From a virus (lineage: Duplodnaviria; Caudoviricetes), in IMG/VR virus record IMGVR_UViG_3300006155_000013, positions 10,535 to 74,534 of that record: DNA of 64,000 nt, one strand, 5' to 3'. The notes below the pieces were generated by a model that worked only from the letters and a program-made list of their open reading frames with translations, did no database searches and was not told the DNA's origin. Each line of letters starts with the position of its first letter. The first letter of the stretch is position 1. The position numbers and the translations under genes were made by a program. Positions 54,750 through 63,816 of this stretch are shown here, piece after piece.

Positions 54750-55724
54750 ATGACCTACGAGCTCATCATCCTGGAGAAGCGCACCGGCAAGGCCTGGGAC
54801 GCCGCCCCACAGGTGACACAGGTGACCTACACCACCAACCGCACCGGCTCCCCGGGGACGCTGAAATTTACCATCATCGCCTCCGGCGGCATCTCCTTCG
54901 TGGAGGGCGACCCGGTCCGGTTCTCCATGGACGGGCAGCTCATCTTCCTGGGCTGGGTCTTCACCAAGACCCGGGACCGGTACGCGGTCATAGACGTGAT
55001 CTGCTATGACCAGCTGCGCTACCTGAAGGCCCAGGCGAGCTACTGCTTTGTGGGCCGCACCGCCGGGGAGATCATCCGGGAAATCGCCCAGGACCTCCAG
55101 CTCACTGTGGGGAACCTGGAGGACACCGGGTGGCCCATCCCCTCCCTTATCATGGAGGAGAAGAGCTGTCTGGACATCATCTCCACAGCCCTGCAAAAGA
55201 CCCTCCTCGCCACGGGGACGCTCTACACGTTCTTCGACGATGGCGGCGCCCTCTCCCTCCGGGAGGCGGGGAGCATGGTGGCCTCCGGCGTGGTGGGGGA
55301 GAAGTCCCTGCTGACGGGCTACTCCTACAAAACCGACATCGACCACGAGACCTACAACTCCGTCAAGCTCGCCCGGCCCAACGAAAAGACCGGCCGGGCG
55401 GACGTGTTCCAGGTGATGGACAGCGCCAATATCAGCTCCTGGGGGCTCCTCCAGCTCTACCAGAGTGTGGACACCGCCCTCAACGACGCCCAGGTGGAGT
55501 CCATGGCCCGGTCCATGCTGAAGTACCACAACCGCCGCTTCCGGACCCTGAAGGTCCAGGCGCTGGGACTGGCGGGCCTCCGGGCGGGGCAGATGCTCAT
55601 GCTGGACATCCCCAAGCTGGGGGATATCTCCCTCCACCGGCTGTGCCTGCTGGAGCGGGTGAGCCACACCTTTCAAAACGACCTGCACACCATGGACTTC
55701 GATGTCCAGGAGTTAGGAGAGTGA
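54750..55724 (+). CDS. XkdQ-like baseplate hub
   Basis: CYDQLRYLK...YNSVKL...WGLLQLYQ. Confidence 0.85.
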   Translation: MTYELIILEKRTGKAWDAAPQVTQVTYTTNRTGSPGTLKFTIIASGGISFVEGDPVRFSMDGQLIFLGWVFTKTRDRYAVIDVICYDQLRYLKAQASYCFVGRTAGEIIREIAQDLQLTVGNLEDTGWPIPSLIMEEKSCLDIISTALQKTLLATGTLYTFFDDGGALSLREAGSMVASGVVGEKSLLTGYSYKTDIDHETYNSVKLARPNEKTGRADVFQVMDSANISSWGLLQLYQSVDTALNDAQVESMARSMLKYHNRRFRTLKVQALGLAGLRAGQMLMLDIPKLGDISLHRLCLLERVSHTFQNDLHTMDFDVQELGE

Positions 55725-55725
55725 C

Positions 55726-56265
55726 ATGGAGATCGCCGACATCCTCCACGCAATGATGGAGGATTCCCTGCGCTCCTACGGCCTGGCGGATCTCGCCGTG
55801 GGCACGGTGGTGAGCGTAAAGCCGCTGAAGGTCAAGGTCCGGGAGGACATGGACGCCCTGCCGGAGGAGGTGCTGTGGCTGACAGAGCCGGTCATTGAGA
55901 AGAAGATCCCGGTCCTGGAGCATTTCCACACCACCTCGGGCTTCCGGCACAGCCATGTCCTGCCGGATCTGGGCCACACCCACAGCGGCGGGGAAGGGGA
56001 CACGGGCCCCGCCCTGGATGGCACTCTGGAGACGGAGGACGGCCTGGAGCAGGACGCCTTCGATTCCGACAAGCGGCTCCTGGAGAAGGAGATCCTCTGC
56101 TATGAGGACGGGAAAAAACTCCCGGTGAAAGATGGTTTTATCATCCTCAACCGGGCGCTGGAGGAGGGGGACAAGGTGCTGCTGCTGCGGGTCTGCCGGG
56201 GACAGCAGGCCATCATCCTCTCCCGCATCTTTGAAAGGGGGGCCCAGCGTGCTGCCAAGAGCTGA
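55726..56265 (+). CDS. Baseplate spike-like protein (DUF2577-like)
   Basis: GTVVSVKPLKV...LEEGDKVLLLRV; His cluster. Confidence 0.75.
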   Translation: MEIADILHAMMEDSLRSYGLADLAVGTVVSVKPLKVKVREDMDALPEEVLWLTEPVIEKKIPVLEHFHTTSGFRHSHVLPDLGHTHSGGEGDTGPALDGTLETEDGLEQDAFDSDKRLLEKEILCYEDGKKLPVKDGFIILNRALEEGDKVLLLRVCRGQQAIILSRIFERGAQRAAKS

Positions 56266-56653
56266 TATCGACCTGAGAGGGGGCGTCATCTTCCAGGACC
56301 AGCCCACCCTCACCTGGATCGCCGACCCCGTCACCCGCCGCATCCGGGGACGGGGGGACGGCTGGGAGGCCATCCGGCAGGCGGTGGAGATCATTGTCAG
56401 CGTGGAGCGGTTCAAGTGGCAGATCTACACCCCCAACTTCGGCACCGACTACGACGGCCTCCTGGGCACGGAGCCTGGCTACGCCGCCTCGGAGCTCCAG
56501 CGGCGTCTGGAGGACGCGTTCCTTCCGGACAACCGCATTCTGGGGATGAAGGACTTCACCTGGTCCTTTTCCGGCGTCAGCCTCTCCGCGTCCTTCACGG
56601 TGCGCACGGTGTTCGGAGATGTAGAGAGCGGATTGGAGGTCAACCTGCGATGA
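56249..56653 (+). CDS. XkdS-like baseplate wedge protein
   Basis: ERFKWQIYTPNFG...DNRI. Confidence 0.8.
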   Translation: MLPRADIDLRGGVIFQDQPTLTWIADPVTRRIRGRGDGWEAIRQAVEIIVSVERFKWQIYTPNFGTDYDGLLGTEPGYAASELQRRLEDAFLPDNRILGMKDFTWSFSGVSLSASFTVRTVFGDVESGLEVNLR

Positions 56654-57762
56654 TCGATTTTTCTCAAAAGACCTACCGGAACCTTCTCCGCGCCCAACTG
56701 GACCGGGTGCCGGACAGCCTGGACAAGCGGGAGGGCTCCCTGATCCAGACGGCCATCGGCGCGGGGGCCTACGCCCTGGAGGAGTTCTATCTGGAGCTGG
56801 ACCAGGTCCAGCGGGGGGCGTATTTGCAGACCGCCGTTGGGCAGGACCTGGACTATTTGGCGGTCCTCGCCAACGTGCGGCGGTATCCGGCGTCGGCGGC
56901 GGTGCGGCTGGGGGTGTTCAACGTGGACATCCCCCTGGGCTCCCGGTTCTCCACCATCGACGGCGCGGAGAGCGTCAACTTCGAGGCCGTCGAGCGCTTG
57001 GGCCCGGGGCAGTACCGGATGCTCTGCGAGACGCCGGGCGCCATCGGACACCGCTACACCGGTCCCATCCTGCCCATCACCTACATCCAGGGCCTGACCT
57101 CCGCCCAGTTGACGGACATCCTGGTGGCCGGGGACGACGAGGAGGACGACGAGAGCCTGCGCAGGCGGGCCATCGCCGCCCTCACCGAACAGCCCTTCGG
57201 CGGCAACGTGGCGGACTACAAGCGGGTGGTCCTCGCCATCGACGGCGTGGGCGGCCTGCAGGTCTACCCCCATTGGCGGGGCGGCGGCACGGTGAAGCTG
57301 AGCGTCCTGGGGGCGGACTGGATGCCCGCCTCGGCGGAGCTGGTGGAGACAGTTCAGAACACGGTCGATCCGCCCCCGGACCAGGGCCTGGGCTACGGCA
57401 CCGCCCCCATCGGGGCCACCGTCACCGTCACGGCCCCGGAGGCGGTCACGGTGGACGTCTCCGCCGCCCTCTCCGTGGGAGGGGGCTATACCCTGGACCA
57501 GCTCAAGCCCCTGCTGGTGGAGGCAGTGGAGGCCTATTTCCTCTCCATCCGGCAGGACTGGGACACCCCGGAGACCTCCGGCCGGACCGACTACGCCTCC
57601 TGGGTCTACGCCGCCCGGGTGACGGCGGCCATGCTCTCGGTGCGCGGTGTCATCAACGTCACGGACCTGACGCTCAACGGTGCGGCGGAGGACTTGGCCC
57701 TCAGCGAGACCGGAGAGCTCCAGCAGGTCCCTGTTCTGGGGGAGGTGGCGCTCCGTGCCTGA
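56650..57762 (+). CDS. Baseplate J-like protein (XkdT-like)
   Basis: DKREGS...GDDEEDDESLRRR...GGNVADY. Confidence 0.92.
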   Translation: MIDFSQKTYRNLLRAQLDRVPDSLDKREGSLIQTAIGAGAYALEEFYLELDQVQRGAYLQTAVGQDLDYLAVLANVRRYPASAAVRLGVFNVDIPLGSRFSTIDGAESVNFEAVERLGPGQYRMLCETPGAIGHRYTGPILPITYIQGLTSAQLTDILVAGDDEEDDESLRRRAIAALTEQPFGGNVADYKRVVLAIDGVGGLQVYPHWRGGGTVKLSVLGADWMPASAELVETVQNTVDPPPDQGLGYGTAPIGATVTVTAPEAVTVDVSAALSVGGGYTLDQLKPLLVEAVEAYFLSIRQDWDTPETSGRTDYASWVYAARVTAAMLSVRGVINVTDLTLNGAAEDLALSETGELQQVPVLGEVALRA

Positions 57763-58636
57763 GACCAACATCTGCAAGTACTACCCCCACTGGTTCCGGC
57801 GGATATTGGATTTCCAGTACCTCTGCCGCAGCGAGGGGGAGGAGCTGCGCCTCATGGCGGAGAGCATGGACCTCATCCACCAGAACCTCTTCGTCCAGAC
57901 TATGGACGAGGGCACCTGCGCCCAGTGGGAGGCCATTTTGCGCATTCTGCCCGCCCCGGGGGAGGACCTGGACTTCCGCCGCCTGCGGGTACTCAACCGC
58001 CTCTCCCTGCGGCCCCCCTTCACGCTGATCTTCCTCCGGGAGCGGCTGGACCTGATCTTCGGCCCGGGAAAGTACGATGTGGAGGTGGACTACCCAAACT
58101 TCGCCCTCTACATCGAGGCGGACGTGGGGGACCCCCTCCGCTACGGCGAGGTCTCCGCCCTGCTGGGCATCGTCAAGCCCTGCCATATCGTCTACGTGCC
58201 CCGGCCCAGGGTCCGGGAGGGCCTGCTCGTGGGCGAGAAGGCGGCGCGGGTGCGCATGACCTACAACTATATCCTGGGCCGCTGGGCCCTGGGGCAGAAG
58301 CCCTTTGTCACAGTCGAGGAATTGGAGGTACTGAAAATGCCGGATACATCCAGCATCCGCCCCGAGCTGCTCCACCAGACGGCGGAGCTGGTGGCGGGGG
58401 ACATCGCCGCCGCCCGGGTCAATGGGACGCTTCTCATCACCGCCCTCTCCCGGTCCACCACCGGGAATGTGGGCAGCGTGACCTACACCGTCTCCCGGGA
58501 CCAGGCGGCGGAGGTGGAGCTCACGGAGCTGCTGGACAAGGACGGGAACGTCCTCACCAGCAGCGCGGTCCACGTGCCGCTGCTGGAGGAGCGCACCTCC
58601 ATCCGGCACAGCTTCACAGTAAAGGAGGGGACGTGA
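57755..58636 (+). CDS. XkdU/DUF2313-like baseplate protein with C-terminal extension
   Basis: NLFVQTMDE...WEAIL...FRRLRV...KPCHI. Confidence 0.8.
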   Translation: MPETNICKYYPHWFRRILDFQYLCRSEGEELRLMAESMDLIHQNLFVQTMDEGTCAQWEAILRILPAPGEDLDFRRLRVLNRLSLRPPFTLIFLRERLDLIFGPGKYDVEVDYPNFALYIEADVGDPLRYGEVSALLGIVKPCHIVYVPRPRVREGLLVGEKAARVRMTYNYILGRWALGQKPFVTVEELEVLKMPDTSSIRPELLHQTAELVAGDIAAARVNGTLLITALSRSTTGNVGSVTYTVSRDQAAEVELTELLDKDGNVLTSSAVHVPLLEERTSIRHSFTVKEGT

Positions 58637-58637
58637 T

Positions 58638-60131
58638 ATGGCGGAACGTCCGATCAAAGACGCATTGCCCGCAGACCTGCCGGAGAATTGGCAGGCGGAG
58701 CAGATCGTGGCCCCCACCGGCGAGGAGGTGGGCCTCTCCCACCAACACGGCTACAACTACCTCATGGAGATGGTCAACCGGGCCCAGCGGGGCGTCAACA
58801 GCGTCAACGAGGCCTTCGAAAGCGTCTCCGGGAAGCGGACCTGCCGCTTCGTGGTGGGCACCTCCACCGCGGGCTGGACCGCCGCGGACTGCGACTACCT
58901 CTGCGACGGCACCGACGACCAGGTGGAGATCCAGGCGGCCATTGACTCCCTGCCGAAAGAGAGCGGAAACTACGGTGGGGAGGTGGTCCTGCTGAGCGGG
59001 ACGTACCATCTGAACGGGTCTATCACGCTCCTGGAAAACGTGGTCCTGCGCGGAAATGGGGAGAGCACCTGCTTAGAGAGGAAAACAAAGGACGGGACCA
59101 GCACTGTCAAATGGGTCATCGGGCTGGGCAGAGACTGCGTCCTTTCGGATCTGGAATACAAAGAGGGTACAGAGCTTGATACAGAAGGATACCCCATTTT
59201 GCTCGGCGGGACCAGCGCCATACGCAATGTAAATATTTACAGATCTGGGGCTGTGTCCGGGGGGTGCATCTATGTGTCGTTGGCAAAGAATGCCTCCAAC
59301 GGACGCTTTGCAGAGGTCAGCGGATGCCATTTGTCGTCTTTGGGCGGCACAGAAGGGGAGATCCACCTTGCCTCCGGCGGAGATGTGCGGATCTTGAACA
59401 ATATCACAATTGGGGATCTCATTACCTCTGATCCGGACTGCGGCGTCCACCTCATTGCCCGCGGAAACTCCAGCGCTCTGGGGTCGTTCTACACCGGGAT
59501 CCATGTGGACGGCCTCTCGGTAGGGAGCATGATTTTGGAGAATGACCTGGATCACCTCTCTGTTCTGAATACAAACAGCACGTTTGCTGGGCGTTTCCAG
59601 GGCTCAAAATGCCTGGTATCCGGAAATGTTTTCCGCACCGCTGACCCCAGCACCGAGCCCGCCGTCATCCTGGGTACCAACACCAGTGAGATCTTCGTCA
59701 CCGGCAACCTGTTCTGCAACAAGGACGCGCCCGCCTACAGCGTCCAGGACAACGGGAGCGGGAACATTGTCCGCTTCAACAGCAACGACCTGACCGGATC
59801 CGGCGGAACACCCACCACAGTGGCCCAGGCGGTGCCCTCCATCTCCGTGGCGGAGGGCGGACTGGTCACCGCCTCCGCCACTCAGACCGCCGGGAACGTG
59901 GCCGCAGGGACAAAGAGCACTACCCATCAGCTCTCCGCCCAGGACGACCCGAACCTCGTCCCCGAGAACATCCGGGAGGGCGTGTCCATCTTCGGCGTCC
60001 AGGGGGCCATGCAGGCCGGGACCGGCGGCGTCACGTCCGAGACCGTGGCGGTCATCGTGACGCTGACTGAGACGGAGTATAACGCACTGAGCGCAAAGGA
60101 TCCTGCCACCCTCTACCTCATCAAGGAGTGA
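58638..60131 (+). CDS. Tail fibre/spike with beta-helix (pectin-lyase-like) region
   Basis: DGTDDQVEIQAAIDSL...GGEVVLLSGTY; Asn/Gly-rich repeats; C-terminal TLYLIKE. Confidence 0.75.
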   Translation: MAERPIKDALPADLPENWQAEQIVAPTGEEVGLSHQHGYNYLMEMVNRAQRGVNSVNEAFESVSGKRTCRFVVGTSTAGWTAADCDYLCDGTDDQVEIQAAIDSLPKESGNYGGEVVLLSGTYHLNGSITLLENVVLRGNGESTCLERKTKDGTSTVKWVIGLGRDCVLSDLEYKEGTELDTEGYPILLGGTSAIRNVNIYRSGAVSGGCIYVSLAKNASNGRFAEVSGCHLSSLGGTEGEIHLASGGDVRILNNITIGDLITSDPDCGVHLIARGNSSALGSFYTGIHVDGLSVGSMILENDLDHLSVLNTNSTFAGRFQGSKCLVSGNVFRTADPSTEPAVILGTNTSEIFVTGNLFCNKDAPAYSVQDNGSGNIVRFNSNDLTGSGGTPTTVAQAVPSISVAEGGLVTASATQTAGNVAAGTKSTTHQLSAQDDPNLVPENIREGVSIFGVQGAMQAGTGGVTSETVAVIVTLTETEYNALSAKDPATLYLIKE

Positions 60132-60135
60132 GATC

Positions 60136-61380
60136 ATGCTGAAGCTGGGTACACAGAATATCTCCGCGCTGTACGTGGGCGGAGCGAAGATCAAGAGGGC
60201 CCTGGTGGGGACAGAGGTAGTGTATGAGGCGGTGCGGCCTCCGACCGTCTATACCATTTCCGCCGTTGTGGCGCCGGCCTCCGGCGGCAGCGTCACCGGA
60301 GCGGGGCAGTACCAGGAGGGGGAAACTGTCACCCTCACCTACACTCCGGCGGAGGATCACCGCTTTACCGGCTGGTACGCCGGGAGCACGCTTTTGAGTC
60401 AGGCAAATCCCTACACCTTCGCTGCCGCGCAGGATATAGCTGTCACCGCCAAGTGCGAGGAGATCCCAACCTACACGCTGACATTGGCACCCACCGGCAT
60501 CAGCGCACAGAATTGGTCTTTTTCGATCGCTGTGAATGGGAGCGGGATAACGTGGTCCGGTTCTGGAGCGGCCGCATCGTCACCTGCACCCCAGCGGGCT
60601 GTGGTCAAAGAGGGCAGCGTCACCGTGCAGGCGACCAGTCCGGACGGGTACGAGTTCGCCGGGTGGCAGATCGGAAGCGGCAGTGTTATCACCAGTAACC
60701 CCTATACCTTCACGGTTACGGGGGATACCACGCTGTACTGCCGGTATGCGAAGAAATCCAGGCTCCCGGCGGGGTATACCGAACTGGAGTACATTGAAGC
60801 GGGCAGCGCATCTTCAAATATTTGCTTTAAGGGAGACAGTCTTAATACCAATACGGGGTCAACTTTCAATATTAAAGTCTATATTCCTAGTATTACAAAC
60901 AGTACGTTTAGCAAGGATGTATTACTTGGAAGCAACTCAACCGCTAGCGCTTACAGGTTAAACCTCAAAATTTTTAGCGGGAAATGGAACGCTGACTTTC
61001 ATTACGGAAAATTGAGCTACACGGAACTGACCGGCTTCCCAATTTCCGGGTTGCTTGAATTCAAGGTCACCTACGGTGATAAAAAGATTTCGCTGAACAC
61101 CTCTTACAGTAAAGCTTTGTCATCGGTCAGCGGATTCTCTGCAGGTGCCAACGGATTTACAGTAAATAGTACCCATGCAACCGGGTTCCGATTCTATGGG
61201 ATGTCTTGCTCGTCAACCACATCCACATCCGCAAATTACAACTGGGAAATAGTCCCGTGCAAGAACGCGTCCGGCGCAATAGGGTATTATATTCTTGGAA
61301 AAGGGAAGTTTTACTCAAAAGTAACAAGTGTGTATACAGCCGGGCTTTACGGAACTTGGACCGCAGGCCCCGCAGTCTAA
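60136..61380 (+). CDS. Receptor-binding/fibre protein homologous to 10283-11536
   Basis: MLKLGTQNIS, B-repeats, SRLPAGYTELEY, AGPAV. Confidence 0.72.
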   Translation: MLKLGTQNISALYVGGAKIKRALVGTEVVYEAVRPPTVYTISAVVAPASGGSVTGAGQYQEGETVTLTYTPAEDHRFTGWYAGSTLLSQANPYTFAAAQDIAVTAKCEEIPTYTLTLAPTGISAQNWSFSIAVNGSGITWSGSGAAASSPAPQRAVVKEGSVTVQATSPDGYEFAGWQIGSGSVITSNPYTFTVTGDTTLYCRYAKKSRLPAGYTELEYIEAGSASSNICFKGDSLNTNTGSTFNIKVYIPSITNSTFSKDVLLGSNSTASAYRLNLKIFSGKWNADFHYGKLSYTELTGFPISGLLEFKVTYGDKKISLNTSYSKALSSVSGFSAGANGFTVNSTHATGFRFYGMSCSSTTSTSANYNWEIVPCKNASGAIGYYILGKGKFYSKVTSVYTAGLYGTWTAGPAV

Positions 61381-61439
61381 AAATCCGCTGCCGTTTTGCC
61401 AACAGGTGTGATTTTAACTTTAAGAGAGGAGAGCGAAAA

Positions 61440-61961
61440 ATGCCGGATGAAAAATGTGGAACCTATCCGGGGCAGGACTGCCCGGTGGAAAAGCGCGTGG
61501 AAGAGGTGCGCGGCGAGGTGAAAGCCCTGGACCGCCGGTTGACTGAGTTTCATCAGGCCGTGACGGACACCAACAGCCGCTTCGGCGCTCGTTTGGGGAA
61601 ACTGGAATCCCACAACGAGGTCCAGGACGAACAGGTGCGCCAAATCAAGGAGACCCAGGCGGAGATCAAGCGCAATATTTCCGATGCGCAGAAGGAGCAG
61701 AAAAATTCCTTTGCCGAATTGCGGGCGGAGCACAAGGAGTCCATGGAAGAGCTCAAAAAGAGCAACAAGGAAATCCTGGACGCTGTGACGCCCATGAAGC
61801 ATAAGGTCGAAAGACTGGAAGCGCTGGAAGGGGATGTTGAAGAGCTGAAGGAGAAACCTGGGAAAACCTGGGAGGATATCAAGAACAAGGCCCTGGGGTG
61901 GGCCCTCGCGCTGATCCTCGCCATTGTCGCCGCAGCTCTGGGGCTCAGTAAGTTCCTGTAA
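61440..61961 (+). CDS. Coiled-coil protein with C-terminal TM (lysis accessory)
   Basis: Heptads plus ALGWALALILAIVAAALGL. Confidence 0.65.
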   Translation: MPDEKCGTYPGQDCPVEKRVEEVRGEVKALDRRLTEFHQAVTDTNSRFGARLGKLESHNEVQDEQVRQIKETQAEIKRNISDAQKEQKNSFAELRAEHKESMEELKKSNKEILDAVTPMKHKVERLEALEGDVEELKEKPGKTWEDIKNKALGWALALILAIVAAALGLSKFL

Positions 61962-61982
61962 GGACCGGAAGGGAGGAACAAT

Positions 61983-62288
61983 ATGGCAGACTACCACAGA
62001 TCCCGGCGCGTACAGAATCGCCGCCGTCCATGGGAGTTCAAAAAGAAATTGGCAGCATGGGCCGTTGTTATCGCTACTGCGGCGGCGGCCGCTTCCTACG
62101 TTCTTGCGGCAGCGGGCAGAGAGACGGCGGGTGATGTGACTGTTTCAATATTCACCGCCTGCGCCGCCTACCTGGTGAGCTACGCCGCCGCCTCTACGAC
62201 AGAAAAGGTCAGCCGGAACCGCCACGGCCTGGACGCTGATGGCTTCCCGCTGGACAGTGAACAGGAGGACAGCCGATGCAATTTGTGA
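61983..62288 (+). CDS. Two-TM membrane protein (holin-like)
   Basis: WEFKKKLAAW plus hydrophobic helices. Confidence 0.6.
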   Translation: MADYHRSRRVQNRRRPWEFKKKLAAWAVVIATAAAAASYVLAAAGRETAGDVTVSIFTACAAYLVSYAAASTTEKVSRNRHGLDADGFPLDSEQEDSRCNL

Positions 62289-62638
62289 TCGAATACTGGT
62301 ACATCATCGTGGCCTTAGCCGCCGTCGTGGCGGCGGCGGGAATGGCCATCCGGCACTATTTCGGCCTGCCCAGCACCGAGCAGATGGATAAGATCCGCGA
62401 GTGGCTGGTGTGGGCAGTCACCAGCGCGGAGAAAGAACTGGGCGGCGGCACCGGAAAGCTGAAGCTCCGGCGGGTCTACGATCTGTTTGTGACCCGCTTC
62501 CCCTGGTTGGCAAAATCGGTCAGCTTCGAGGTGTTCAGCCTCCTGGTGGACGACGCCCTGGAGGATATGCGTAAGATGCTGGAAAACAATATGGCTGTCA
62601 GGGCCATAGTAAATGGGGAGGATACACAAAATGACTGA
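62276..62638 (+). CDS. Holin
   Basis: N-terminal TM; WAVTSAEKELGGGTGKLKL...VDDALE. Confidence 0.75.
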   Translation: MQFVIEYWYIIVALAAVVAAAGMAIRHYFGLPSTEQMDKIREWLVWAVTSAEKELGGGTGKLKLRRVYDLFVTRFPWLAKSVSFEVFSLLVDDALEDMRKMLENNMAVRAIVNGEDTQND

Positions 62639-63434
62639 GGCTCAGGTAAGACAGAAAATCGTCGGCGTCATGCAGGGCTGGGTTGGCCGGAAGGAGGCCA
62701 ACGGCACCCACAAGGAGATCATCGACATCTACAACGCCCACCGGCCCCTTGCCCGGGGCTACAAGGTGAAGTACACCGACGCCTGGTGCGCCACCACCGT
62801 TTCCGCCGCCGCCATTGTTGCGGGGATGACGGACATCATCCCGACGGAGTGCGGGTGCGGCGCCATGATCGAGCTGTTCAAGCGCCTTGGCTGCTGGCAG
62901 GAGAACGACGCCTACCGGCCGCTCCCCGGCGACTTCATCTTCTACGATTGGCAAGACAGCGGCGCAGGAGACAACCTGGGCGCTCCTGAGCACGTAGGCA
63001 TGGTGGAGAAGGTGTCCGGGAACACGATCACCGTCATTGAGGGCAACTACTCCGATTCGGTGAAGCGCCGGACCATCAAGGTGAATGGCCGGTACATCCG
63101 TGGCTACGGCGTGCCGAAGTACGGCAGCAAGGCCGGGCAGGAGAGTGATGCTGTGGCCGCTGTGGACAAGCTCGCAAAGCTGGGTGTCATCAACTCCCCG
63201 GAATACTGGAAGCAGACCGTCAAGAGCGGACGGGTCAAGTACCTGGACGCCCTGCTGGTCAAGGCGGCGGCAAAGATCACCCGGGCCGGTCAGCGCTCTA
63301 GTACGCCGGAGAACGGTATCGGCGCCCTCGTCAGCGCCGGGGTCATCGATACGCCGGACTACTGGCTGGAGCACTACAGGGATGATCCCAACCTGGGGGA
63401 CCTCCTGTGCGCACTGGGCGGGGCGGTCAAATAA
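62631..63434 (+). CDS. Endolysin, CHAP domain with repeated C-terminal binding domains
   Basis: AWCATTVSA; HVGMVE...VIEGN; two GVI(N/D)(S/T)P(E/D)YW repeats. Confidence 0.88.
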   Translation: MTEAQVRQKIVGVMQGWVGRKEANGTHKEIIDIYNAHRPLARGYKVKYTDAWCATTVSAAAIVAGMTDIIPTECGCGAMIELFKRLGCWQENDAYRPLPGDFIFYDWQDSGAGDNLGAPEHVGMVEKVSGNTITVIEGNYSDSVKRRTIKVNGRYIRGYGVPKYGSKAGQESDAVAAVDKLAKLGVINSPEYWKQTVKSGRVKYLDALLVKAAAKITRAGQRSSTPENGIGALVSAGVIDTPDYWLEHYRDDPNLGDLLCALGGAVK

Positions 63435-63468
63435 GCGGACCGCTCCCAATAGAATACTGTCTGATAAG

Positions 63469-63498
63469 GCCCTCTTGCTTCCGCAAGGGGGCTTTTTT
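63469..63498 (+). terminator. Late operon terminator
   Basis: GCCCTCTTGC-TTCC-GCAAGGGGGC-TTTTTT. Confidence 0.85.
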
Positions 63499-63537
63499 CA
63501 TGCTCAATTTTCAAGGTGCCTATATAAAAACGGGGCG

Positions 63538-63682
63538 GCGGTTGACTCCCCCGGTGCCGATGGGGTATACCCATGAGCGCCCGCCCCGCTGCTGGGGCGG
63601 CTGGGCTTGCACCAGCGGCGGCGGTTGCCGTCGTCCTTGCGGGCTGTCATCAGGTGCGCTAAGCAGGGAGCACGTCAACCGC
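63538..63682. ncRNA. Candidate structured ncRNA (145 nt, multibranch)
   Basis: Closing GCGGTTGAC/GTCAACCGC and TCCC/GGGA stems enclosing at least five hairpins. Confidence 0.5.
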
Positions 63683-63816
63683 AAGCACACGGCATGGAGA
63701 GGCCGGGGAGGATACCAAGGATTGAAATTCCCAATCGGTTACGAATTTGAAAAGGGCAGAGGAGTGGCCTGCTGTAGAATGGATGAAAAAAGCAGACGCA
63801 TCATTTTTCAGTGCGT

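Noticed and set aside
39738-57777. Many long minus-strand ORFs opposite structural genes (e.g. 39738-41111, 49674-50963, 53099-54682)
   Set aside because: Shadow ORFs caused by high GC3. They lack RBS and recognisable motifs and lie fully antisense to clear genes.
10283-61380. Diversity-generating retroelement targeting the RBP genes
   Set aside because: No reverse transcriptase ORF, and no near-identical TR/VR pair with adenine-specific mismatches. The two RBP variable regions are unrelated rather than A-mutated copies.
63600-63665. Hammerhead (CTGATGA on minus strand) or twister (GG-UGCAAGC-CC) ribozyme
   Set aside because: No GAAA/stem III for a hammerhead. The twister-like loop is 7 nt and lacks the matching P2 and T1 partner strands. 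Kept only as an unclassified RNA candidate.
63538-63682. IS200/605 omega/HEARO RNA suggested by GTCAAC/GTTGAC ends
   Set aside because: No IscB/TnpB/TnpA gene nearby, and the resemblance is limited to 6 nt.
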